NCBI RefSeq assembly: GCF_036971445.1
Contig: NC_091470.1
Coordinates: 192,758,001 to 192,822,000 of the forward strand
Origin: Narcine bancroftii
Taxonomy: Eukaryota
Length of the DNA: 64,000 bases
Reading direction: 5' to 3'
The position numbers were made by a program, and so were the translations under genes. A model generated the notes under the pieces. That model saw only the letters and a list, made by a program, of their open reading frames with translations, was not told where the DNA came from and did no database searches. Positions 36,501 through 48,500 of this stretch are shown here, in pieces; position 1 is the stretch's first letter, and every line of letters begins with the position of its first letter.

Positions 36501-39500
36501 TTACCCAGTGAGGGTCAGTATATTTGGGACCTGACTCCCCGAGGGTTAGCGAGTGGGACCCATTCCCCCCAGGAGATTGGTCACCTGAGGGTCAGTGTGT
36601 GGGACCCGTCCCCCAGTGAGGGCCAGCGTGTGGGACCTGTACACTGAGATTTAGCGAGTGAGACCCATACACCCCGAGGGTTAGCGTGTGGGTCCCATCC
36701 CCAGCGTGTGGGACACGTCCCCCCGAGGGTTAGTGCTTGGGACCCCCCCCCCCAGAGAGGGTCAGTGTGTGGAACCCGTCCCCCAATGAGGGTCAGCGTG
36801 TGGGACCCGTCTCGAGGGTTAGCATGTGGGACTCGTCCCCCGAGAGTTATCGTGTGGGACCCGTTCCCCCGAGGAGACCCGTCCCCCCGAGGATTTGTGT
36901 GTGGGACCCGTCCCCCAGTAAGAGTCAGTGTGTGTGGGACCTGACCCTTTGAGGGTTAGCGTGGGTGACCAGCCCCCCACCGATGGTTAGTGTGTGGGCC
37001 CCATCCCCCCGAGGGTTAACGTGTGGGACCCGTTCCTCAGTGAGAGTCAGTTTGTTTGGGAATAGACCCCCCGAGGGTTTGCATGTGGGACCCACCCACC
37101 CCCCGAGCGTTAGTGTGTGGGACCTGCCCCCCAGTGAGGGTCATTACATGTGGGACCTGACCCCCCGAGGGTTAGCGTGTGGGACCCGCCCCCCCAAGAG
37201 TTAGCGTGTGGGACCCATTTCCCCCCAGACCAGTCCCCCTGAGGCTTATTGTGTGGGACCCGAACCCCATTGAGAGTCAGTGTGTGTGGGACCTGTCCCC
37301 CAGTGAGGGTCAGTGTGTATGTCCTGACCCCTTGAGGGTTCGCTTGTGAGACACGTCCACCAGTGAGGGTCTGTGTGTGGGACCCATCCCCTGAAGGGTT
37401 AGTGTGTGAGACCCGCCCCCCGAGGGTTAGTGTGTGACACCCGTCCCCCCCGAGGGTCAGTGTGTGGGACCCATCCCCCAGTGAGGGTCAGTGTGTGTGG
37501 GACCTGCCCCCCCGAGGGTCCCCCAGTGAGGGTGTGTGTGTGGGCCCTGACCCCCGGAAGGTTAGCTTGGAGACACGTCCCCCAGTGGTCAGTTTGTGGG
37601 ACCGCCCCCCCCGAGGATTAGTGTGTGAGACCCGTCCCCCCAAGGGTTAGTGTGTGAGACCTGTTCTGCCCGAGGCTCAGTGTGTGGCACCTGTCCCCCA
37701 GTGAGGGTCAGTGTGTGTGGGACCAGCCCCCTTCAGGGTCAGCGTGTGGGAACCGCCCCCCCACCCCCGAGGGTCCCCGACTCTGGAGGGCCGGTTCCCT
37801 ACCTATGCCGGCAGCGCCTCAGGAACCTCATGATCTTACGAGCCGCCTGGTCCTGCCGCTTGGTGAGGAACGATGCCCTGGAACAACACGAGGTCTTCAG
37901 TCCAGCCCGTATCCCCCCTCATTTCGCTGGCCCACCCCTCCCTCCCTCCACCTGCAGACGTCCCGCTGCAATGCAGCCACCAGTGGCCTCCCTACCCCCC
38001 TGCTTCACTCACTTCATCTGTTGGAGTGGCCCACCGCCGCGGTGGGCCTGCTTCAGCTTTTCATACTCCTTATAGCTGCGGTAACACTGCTGGATGAGTA
38101 CTGCGGCTCGCCGGCTCTGCTGAAACCGCTTCTGCTCGTAGTAGCTGCGGAACTTGCTCTGGATCAGGATGGCAGCCTGGGTCATCTTCTTGTACAGGGC
38201 ATACTGAAAAGAGAAACACACATTAGCCGCCAGTGCTCCATCCCACCTGCGTCCCTTGTAGCCACGAGGCAGCCTAGAATCCCATTGACCCACAGCTGAG
38301 AGTTGCGGTCAGGATCACAGCAGTTACGGAATTATGCTATTATTAATCTTTGTTATATTATATTTTAGAGAGGTAACTTGTGGGTGGGAAACACACACAA
38401 GGACACACACATACAGAGAGACACAGAACGCCATTTTGAAGAGACAGAGTGAATCCTATGACCAGCTGTAAACAGAGCCATAAAATTAGAGTTGATTATT
38501 CCATTGAAATACTGAAGACCATGAATGTTTACTCGGGAAGATATCTGGGCAAACAGAAAGCCATTTGCTTCATGAAGTGCTTTCAGGAGAAATGAAACTT
38601 GAAACAGAGCCTGTCATTATGTCATGTCATGTGATTATGACACAAGAAAGTATCTTTCATATGATCAACCAGTTTCATTGGAGGTCAGAAATGCAGTATC
38701 AGTCTGTGAGAAAGGTCTGCCATTGTGTTATCAAGGGAGGAACACAGGATCGGAAAAGATGGCCATGTCGACTGTCTTTCTTTGTTGAATGATAGCATTG
38801 CTACTGGGGCCATGGTAATGGTCATTTCGTTAAAAACCCTTGCCTGGGTTTGTGAAATCAAGTTCCATAACCTCCGTGGAAGAGAGAGGAACTGTGAAAA
38901 AAAATTCATTCGTATGAAGAAACATTTCTCTGAAAGCAACTCTACAAGAACCTGTGAGTTTTGAGAAGTCTGACAACTTAGGGCCTCACCTGCTTCATAA
39001 TTACTTTAAAGAACCCGAGTTTCAACACAAAAGATTTCTGAGAGGGATCTTTGAAATTGACTTTTCAGGATCATGCCTGAACTGTAGTGGTTAGGGATAC
39101 ACCATATGCACACACAAATGTATATATTTGTGCATAGTTAGTTTAAATGTAGCATTAAGTGAAAAATATATTATTATTAGTTTAAATAAACATTGTTTTG
39201 AAGATACCATTGTCTTAATGAATTTCTATTTCTGCTGATCTATGTCATAACAACTGTCCTCTTCTGTACACCTCAATGTGACTGTGCACCCATTCCTGAT
39301 GGACTGGTTACTCCAACCTTGCATCAACTCCCTTCTTACCTATCTCCTTACAGATCCTACCTCCCTCAACCCCCAAAGACCAAGACACCGTTTCTGAACC
39401 AGATAACCTCCCCGTCTCCCTCAATGCCCAACGACCAACACACCTCGTCCAAACCAGATAGAGAACCTCCATGTCTCCCTCAACACCCAATGACCAACAC

Positions 39501-42500
39501 AGCTCGTCCCAACCAGATAACCTCCCCATCTCCCTCACTGCCCCAATGACCAACACACCTTGTCCAAACCACCTATCCTCAGTGGAAAAAGCCTATACTC
39601 CTCTGAACCCCTCATAATTTTGTATAGCTGTCAAATTTCCCCTCAATCTTCTATATTCCAGGAGTAAAGTCCTAACCTGTTTAACCTTTCCCTGTAACTC
39701 AGTTCCTGAAATCTGGGCAACATCCTTGTAAATCTTCTCTGCCCTCTTTCTATCTCATTGATACCTTTCCTGTAGTTCGGTGACCAAAACTGTACACAAT
39801 GCTCCAAATTTGGCCTCACCAATGTCATACACAACTTTACCATAACATCCCAACTCCTAGCCTCTGATTTATGAAGATCAAGATGCCAAGAGCTCCCTTC
39901 ACGACCCTGTCGACCTGTGATGCCACTTTCAGGGAATTCTGTATAGGTATTCCCAGATCCCTCTGTTCGACCGCACTCCTCAGTAGATGTCACTTGCAGA
40001 TTCACAGGCGTGGCTTCACTCGGAACATGTGTTTGGGGGCCAGAATAGTGGGGAGGGAGGAGGTGTGGGTGCAAGTGGAGCATCTCCTGCGATCACAGGG
40101 GTAGGGTGGAGAGGGATGGGTGGGTGAAGGAGGGGGTCACAGAGAGAGCGGTCCCTGCAGAAAGTGGACCATTTACTGTGCATGTCCTTCCAAAATGCAA
40201 CACCTCACACTTGTCTGTATTAATCTCCATCTGCCATTTTCTGGCCAGTCCAGATCTCTCTGCAAGCTTTGAAAACCTTCCTCGATATCCCCAACGCTTC
40301 CAATTTTAGCTTCATCTGCAATTCCTCTGGACGTTGCATGACCTACTGAGTTTCCACAGCACCCGTGAACTGCACTGGACCCCGGCGGCTGCAGATTTTG
40401 TTTTTACCTGCTGCTTTGATTTTTATTCCATTATCTGGAATTCACGTGTGGGCTGACCTGCCTGTCTAGCACACACAACAAAGCTTTTTACTCAGTATAC
40501 AGGACAATAAACAGATCTGGTGGCTGTTGTGCCTCATGGACCCCCGGGAACCATTCACACAGACAGGGTGACTGGAGGATCTGTGGTGTCCGGGACAGGA
40601 GACTTCACCCATACATACAGAGCGAGTTAACCTTCAACTTGTTTTACCTTCAGTGCTATCCAGGTTAGCTAGTAAAACGAAAAGAACAGGGTTAATGGCA
40701 GCCAGGCAGCAAGCAGCAGAGCATGGGGTGAAACATGGAAGTCTACAGAAGCTCTGATTGTGGTAAAAACACAGAAAAACCTGGAAGAACTCAGCTGGTC
40801 TCGCAGCGTCCACAGGAGGTCCAGATATACTACTGATGTTTCGTCCTGAGCCCTTCTTCAGGGTGTGAGCAGAAAACAGGCAGGCGTCCGAATTAAAGAC
40901 CTGTTTCAATTCCCTGTCCCATTCTAAGGGGATTCGGTATAACCCCTAAGACTCGCGTAAACTTCTCCAGGTGTACCCGTGGGGAGCATCCTGGCTGGAG
41001 GCGCCAACTCTCAGGAGAAGAATAAACTCCAGAGGGTCTTTAACTCAGCCTGTGACATCATGGGCCCCAGACTTCACTCCATCGAGGCACATGAGGCAGT
41101 GTCTTAAAAAAGCAGCGACTATCCTCAAGGACGCCCATCACCGAGGCCATGCCCTCTTCACTCTGCCACCATCGGGGAAGAGGTCCAGGAGCCTGAAGAC
41201 AAGCACAAGGACAGCTTCTTCCCGATGCCATCAGATTCCTGAATGATCAATGAACCACAGACACTGCCGTACTTTTCGTGTACTGTTATTTTTTATGGTA
41301 ATGTTGTAAGATGATTATAATGTGAATGTTTGCTCTGTGACGCTCCCACAAAACACCGAATTTTATGACTCGGTCATGTCAATAAATTCTGATTCTGACT
41401 GACTGATTCCCTTGCCGACATGTCTGCCCATGGTCTCGTGCACGACCAGTTTGAGACCACCTGCAAATTGGACAAACAACACCTCACCTTCTGTCTGTAC
41501 CCTCCAACCAGATGGCAATAACATCAACACCCACCCTTCTTCCCCATTTCCTTCTCTCTTTCCCTCTACCCTGTCCCCTCTGTCTCCTTTCATAGAGGGA
41601 TCAGTTCTCACCACTCCTCTTATCATATCCAATAAACACCTTTTGTCTGTTGGTCTGGACTCATCCCCCCAGCCACTCTTTCCCCTTTCTCTCCCCAGTC
41701 CATATTCGATGCCTCCCTACTTTTGACTTATACCATGAGGAAGGGCTCAGGCCCGAAACGTTGGTAATTTATCTAGACCTCCTGTGGACACTTGAGACTG
41801 GCTGAGTTCCTCCAGCGTTTACTGTGTCTTTTTACAGCATGGAGCCCAAGGCAAATATGTCCCACCCTCAATGACCCACCCTCATGGACCCACCACTGCC
41901 CTGGCCTTCCTAAGTTGGGAGCTGGGACACCCTCACGTTCCTTCAGGCGATTGGAGACAGTCGGTGGTGGGGGATGGGGGGGTGGTGTCCCGGCAGAATG
42001 AGGAGAACGGGGTTCAGGGGGCGAGGGGTGGTGATGGAGTCCCAGTGGAGGGGGAGGGGAGAGTTCCTATGGAGAGAGAGGGGGAGTTCCAGCTGAGGGG
42101 GAGTGGGGGGGGGGGAGTTCCAGCTGAGAGGGAGTTGCAGACATGGAGACGGGGAAGGGGGAGACAAGGAGGGGACAGATGGGAACGAGGGAGATGGGAG
42201 AGATGAGGGTGAGGGGGCAGACTAGGTGTATGAGAGAGACAAAAGGAATGGAGAGATGGGGAGGGGGAGACTGGGGGAGATGTAGAAGGGAGCTGAGGAG
42301 ACGGGAGAAGGGGGAGATGAGGAGGGGGAGTTGGGAAGGATGGGGGAGATGGGGGAAAGGGGGGAGACGAGGGGGTGGGGGAGACGAGGGGATGGGGAGA
42401 CGAGGGGGTGGGGGAGACGAGAGGGGTGGGGGAGACGAGGGGGGTGGGGGAGACGAGGAGGGTGGGGAGTTGGGAAGGATGGGGAGATGGGGGAAAGGGG

Positions 42501-45500
42501 GGAGATGAGGGGGATGGGGGACGAGGGGGATGGGGAGACGAGGGGGGTGGGGAAACGAGGGGTATGGGGAGTTGGGAAGGATGGGGAGATGGGGGAAAGG
42601 GGGTAGACGAGGGGATGGGGAGACGAGGGGGGATGGGGGAGACGAGGGGGATGGGGGAGACGAGGGGGATGGGGGAGACGAGGGGGATGGGGGAGACGAG
42701 GGGGATGGGGGAGACGAGGGGGATGGGGGAGACGAGGGGGATGGGGGAGACGAGGGGGATGGGGGAGACGAGGGGGATGGGGGAGACGAGGGGGATGGGG
42801 GAGACGAGGGGGATGGGGGAGACGAGGGGGATGGGGGAGACGAGGGGGATGGGGGAGACGAGGGGGATGGGGAGACGAGGGGGATGGGGGGAGGCGAGGG
42901 GGATGGGGGGGACGAGGGGGATGGGGGGACGAGGGGGGTGGGGAGACGAGGGGGGTGGGGGAGACGAGGGGGATGGGGGGAGGCGGGGGATGGGGGGGAC
43001 GAGGGGGGTGGGGGGACGAGGGGGGTGGGGAGACGAGGGGGAATGGGGAGACGAGGGGGAATGGGGAGACGAGGGGGAATGGGGAGACGAGGGGGAATGG
43101 GGAGACGAGGGGGAATGGGGAGACGAGGGGGAATGGGGAGACGAGGGGGAATGGGGAGACGAGGGGGAATGGGGAGACGAGGGGGAATGGGGAGACGAGG
43201 GGGAATGGGGAGACGAGGGGGAATGGGGAGACGAGGGGGAATGGGGAGACGAGGGGGAATGGGGAGACGAGGGGGAATGGGGAGACGAGGGGGAATGGGG
43301 AGACGAGGGGGAATGGGGAGACGAGGGGGAATGGGGAGACGAGGGGGAATGGGGAGACGAGGGGGAATGGGGAGACGAGGGGGAATGGGGAGACGAGGGG
43401 GAATGGGGAGACGAGGGGGAATGGGGAGACGAGGGGGAATGGGGAGACGAGGGGGAATGGGGAGACGAGGGGGAATGGGGAGACGAGGGGGAATGGGGAG
43501 AGAGACGAGGGGGAATGGGGAGACGAGGGGGAATGGGGAGACGAGGGGGAATGGGGAGACGAGGGGGAATGGGGAGACGAGGGGGAATGGGGAGACGAGG
43601 GGGAATGGGGAGACGAGGGGGAATGGGGAGACGAGGGGGAATGGGGAGACGAGGGGGAATGGGGAGACGAGGGGGAATGGGGAGACGAGGGGGAATGGGG
43701 AGACGAGGGGGAATGGGGAGACAAGGAGGATGGAGGGAGTCGAAGGGATGGGGAGACGGGTGAAGGGGTAGACTATGGGTATGGGGGAGACGAGAAGAAT
43801 GGGGAGATGGAGAGGGGGGACGGGGAGATGTAGAAGGGAGATGAGGAGAAGGACAAATGGGGAGAGGGAGACGAGGGGGATGGGAGAGGCGGGAGAAGAG
43901 GAGAGGGGAGACAGGGAGGAAGAGATGGAGAGATGAGGAGGCGGGATAAGGGGAATGCGGGAGAAGGGGAGGATGGGGGGTGTACCTGCTTGTACTTGCG
44001 GTAACACCGCTGGATCACCAAAGCCGCCACCTCCTGCTGCTCCTTCAGACGCCGACCCTGGTCCAGAAACACATCGAAGTCAGGCTGTGAGGCAGGGTCA
44101 CCCCGGGGATGCAGACCCCAACCCCTACCTCCCACATCCCCATCCCCATCTACTCTCCTCCACCAACCCCTACACCCTCACCCCATCACTACCTCCTCCT
44201 CTCCCCTCCCCAACCAACCTTTCCATGGCCCCCATACCCTCCTCCCCAATACCATCCAAACCCTATCCCTTCCCCATTCACTCATGACACCTCCCCCAAC
44301 CCCGGGGAGGGGAAGGTGAGATGGGGAACAACTCCAAGGAGTGGAAGAAACGACCCTATGGGTGGGGGAGAAACACCCCTGGAGGGAATGGGGAAAGCAA
44401 CCCCAAGGAGGGGATGGGGAGGGGGGAGCGACCCCGGGTGGGGAAGGGAAGGGGAGAACGACACTGGGAGGGGAGGGAGAATGATGCCAGGGTGGGGGAA
44501 TGACCTTGGGGAGAGGATGAGGAGAGAAAGGGGATGAGGAGGCAGGGGGGGGAAGGGGTTGGGGGTTCAACCCCAGGGAGGGGAGTGGGGATTATTCTGG
44601 GAAGGAGAGGGTAAGGGGGGAAAGACCCCAGGAGGGAATGAGGGAGGGGAAATCACCCTGGGGCATCACCTTGTACTTGCGGAAGGCAGTCTGGATGATA
44701 CGCGCCGCCTCGTACAACTCTCGCTGCTCGTAGTCCGACAGGGTCAGGAGAGCAAACTCGCTCTCCATCCTGCCATTGGCTGAGGCGTTGAGGAAATCTG
44801 ACCAATCGGTGTTGGCAGGACCGTCGACCCTCTCGAAGGTGATGTCACTGAGCGGGGAGCTGACGGGACTGATGCAGGCATTCGAGGGAGGGGTCAGAGG
44901 CTGACTGCAGGCCGCCCTGTCCAAGGGACCAACAACCAGCCGGTTAGATCAGAGCGAAGCTCCCTCCACATCGTCTCATAACACCCACCCAGGGTCAGAC
45001 ACAGAGTGAAACTCCCTCCATATCATCCCATCACACACTCCTGGGGTCAGACACAGAGAGAAGCTCCCTCTGCAACATCCCATCACACAATCTGGGGGTC
45101 AGATACAGAGTGAAGCTCCCTCCACACCATCCCATCACACACTCTTAGGGTCAGACGCAGAGTGAAGTTCCCTCCACACCGTCCCATCACACAGTCTGGG
45201 GGTCAGACAGAGTGAAGCTCCCTCCACACTGTCCCATCACACACTCCCGGGGTCAGACACAAAGTGAAGCTCCCTCCACACTGTCCCATCTCACACTCCC
45301 AGGGTCAGACACAGAGTGATCCTCCCTCCACATCATCCCATCACACACTCCCGGGGTCAGACACAGTGTGAAACTCCTTATGTACCACACTCCAGGAGTC
45401 AGACAGACTACCATTGTCTGCCATTGGACATGCTGTGGTCCATTCTACCATCCAGCAATACTGGGGAGGGGGTGCTGGGGTCCACAGTGAGGTCTCGCCC

Positions 45501-48500
45501 CTTGCACCAGGCACCCAGGCGGAGTGTGCTGCAAGGAGTGTTGCTATGCTACAGGTTTTACACTGGGTCACTGGCTCGGCCCAGCTGAAAGGGAATAGCA
45601 CGTGTTCACAGCAGGGCCCCGTGGTTCCACTCTGTGTCTGGAGAGGCCGCTCCCCGATCTGCTCACACTCCCCTGATCTCCTGTCGTGTCAGTCAGCCTC
45701 AAGCCTCACAAACGTGGCTACCCATAGGCCCAGGAAGCACGTATTCCAGGAGTCTGTTCCTTGGAATATTGCATTCAGTTCACCTCCTGTCCGGAAGGTT
45801 GTGGTAACAATGGAGAGCGGGCAGAGAAGATTTACCAGGATGTTGCCTGGAATGCAGAACGTGTCGGATGAGGCAGGACAGCCGAGCTGGGGCTTTTCAC
45901 TTTGGAGTGATAAAGGAAGAGAGGGGACTTTATAGAGGTCTACACGCATTTCGTGACATGTTCACGATAATAAATTCTGATTCTGACAGTGCGGACTGCC
46001 ATCACCTCTTTCACCGAGGAGGAAGGCTTTCAGGGCAATGCCAGGGCTGGTGGGGTACCTGGAATATTGGGAAGACTTCAACATTCTTAGGCACATGGAT
46101 GCAATAAAAAGAGAGGGTGACGATGGTGGGAGTGAGGGAAGGGTTGGATTGCTGAGTAGGTTTCTAGGGGCCAGCACGACATCATAGCCTAAAGGGCCTG
46201 CACTGCACTCTAATGATCAGGACCTGTCCCCAGAGAATGGACAGTATCCACACCTCTGGGAAGGGATAGAATGGATCTCTGGAGGGCACTTGTAACCGTC
46301 TCAGTGACTGCACGACAAGTCAAATAAGGATGAGAGATCTGATCTGAGTTGAAAAATTCTGCAAAGGTCCGCATGGAAGCAAGATACTGTCAGGGTGTAA
46401 CTCTGAGGTACTGTACTGGTGGGGACGGGTCTGTCACTGTGTAACACCGGGATTCAGTACTGGTGGGGAAGGGTCTGTCCCTGTGTAACACCGGGGTACA
46501 GTACTGGTGGGGAAGGGCCTGTCCCTGTGTAACACCGGGGTACAGTACTGGTGGGGACGGGTCTGTCCCTGTGGAACAGCGGGGTACAATGCTGGTGGGG
46601 ACAGGTCTGTCACTCTGTAACACCAGGGTACAGTATCACTGTGTTACACTGGGGTACAGTACTGGTAGGGACAGGTCTGTCACTATAAGACCAGGGTACA
46701 GTACTGGTGGGGAAGGGTCTGTCCTTGTGTAACACCGGGGTACAGTACTGGTGGGGAAGGGTCTGTCCCTGTGTAACACCGGGGTACAGTACTGGTGGGG
46801 ACAGGTCTGTCCCTGTGGAACAGCGGGGTACGGTACTGGTGGGGAAGGGTCTGTCCCTGTGTAACACTGGGGTACAGTATTGGTGGGGATGGGACTATAG
46901 TTTTATTTCACTGCATTACAGCGTGAGGTGTATTTGATCTCTGCTGCAGTTCCCCCACTGCAAGGTTGGAGTTGAGTCTCCAGCAGAGGGCAGCTCCTCC
47001 CTACCGCCTGAGCACAGTGAAGGCAGTCACAGAATTACTGTGGACAACTGACACCGGGGAATCGGGAGAGACCAATACTCTGCAAGGGAACTGACGGATC
47101 TGCCAAGCGCAATGTCTGACAAGGAAGTCTCAATGGGTATAGTGGTCTGTTCTCAGTTGCCCAAGGGCCAATAATCCCCCCCAACAAGTCCTGTCAGTTA
47201 GCAAGATGCAGAGCAGTGGAGAGGGGGGCACTCACATGCCAAGACAAAAAAGCACCGTCCTGCGACTGTCAGCAAGATGACTGACCTCCACAGCCCCTGC
47301 CCCGAACTGCCAGCCTGCACTCAGGTTTCAGTCACCCCTTCCTGCGTGATCCAGTGCCAGCTATACACATCTTGGATGCTGTGACATTTCCTGAAGTCCT
47401 CAGCTTGTGCGTCAGGCAGTGAACCTGACACCTGTAAACAGCCACCTCAATGGGAAGAGCATGCATGGAGAGCCCCAGGGAGGCAGACGATGGCCTTCTC
47501 GCTGCCAAACCTGACCTGTCCTCAAGGTCACCTCTGCCACAGCAAATCCACAGCCCAAAGTGGGGCAGAGAAGGGGAGAATGCTATTTAAAGACACAGAG
47601 TAGTATTGTCCAGAATTCGTGGCCCAAGGGTTTGTTCTCAATAATGGGTCAAACAGAAATCACTCATTAACTTGTGATCACACATCATGAAAATCCCACT
47701 GGGGTGTTTAAACCACCAGTACTGTGTCCCAGTGTTACACAGTGACAGGCCCCTCCCCACCAGTACAGTCTCCCAGTGTTACACAGTGACGAACCCGTCC
47801 CGACCAGTACTGTCTCCCAGTGTTACACAGTGACAGGCCCGTCCCCACCAGTACTGTACCCCAGTGTTACACAGTGACGGACCCGTCCCCACCAGTACCG
47901 TACCCCAGTGTTACACAGTGCCAGACCCATCCCCACCAGTTCCGTACCCCGGTGTTACACAGTGACAGACCAGTCCCCACTAGTACTGTACTCCAGTGTT
48001 AAGGTGATAGACCCATCCCCACCAGTACCGTACCCCGGTGTTACACAGTGACAGACCAGTCCCCACTAGTACTGTACTCCAGTGTTAACAGTGATAGACC
48101 CATCCCCACCATTACCATACCCCGGTGTTACACAGTGACAGACCAGTCCCCACTAGTACTGTACTCCAGTGTTACAGTGATAGACCCATCCCCACCATTA
48201 CCATACCCCAGTGTTACACAATGACAGACCCCTCCCCTCCAGTACAGTACCCCGCTGTTATACAGTGACATCATACCCATTGACGAACAAGACCCTGCTG
48301 ACCGCTGGCTGTGTGCTGACTGTGAGAATGTTGTGATTTCTGCAGCGCGTGGAATGTTGAACGCAGGTTCTCGTTGTGCTCTAGACCAACCTGTGCTGAC
48401 AGTAGTTGGGCAGCTGGTCGACGTTCTCCAGGTAGCCGGCTAGCCAGGCCATGGTGTTGCTGATGGCTGTGTGGTCCTGCTGCTCCTTCACACCAGGGCC

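Noticed and set aside
13480-37650. Numerous ORFs within the satellite
   Set aside because: They are translations of the repeat unit, occur in all frames, and lack domain signatures or splice structure.
12583-37775. CRISPR-like array (~30-bp periodic repeats)
   Set aside because: No unique spacers, degenerate head-to-tail monomers, no cas genes, and a spliceosomal vertebrate gene context.
12583-37775. True interstitial telomeric array
   Set aside because: No tandem (TTAGGG)n; only isolated AGGGTTAG cores per monomer.
42067-44007. Long Pro-rich or Gly-rich ORFs (646, 500, 462 and 413 aa)
   Set aside because: The 18-bp stop-free minisatellite keeps frames open on both strands; the region is intronic.
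47712-48270. Repeated CACAGTG resembling V(D)J RSS heptamers
   Set aside because: No ACAAAAACC nonamer at 12/23 bp and no Ig/TCR segments nearby.
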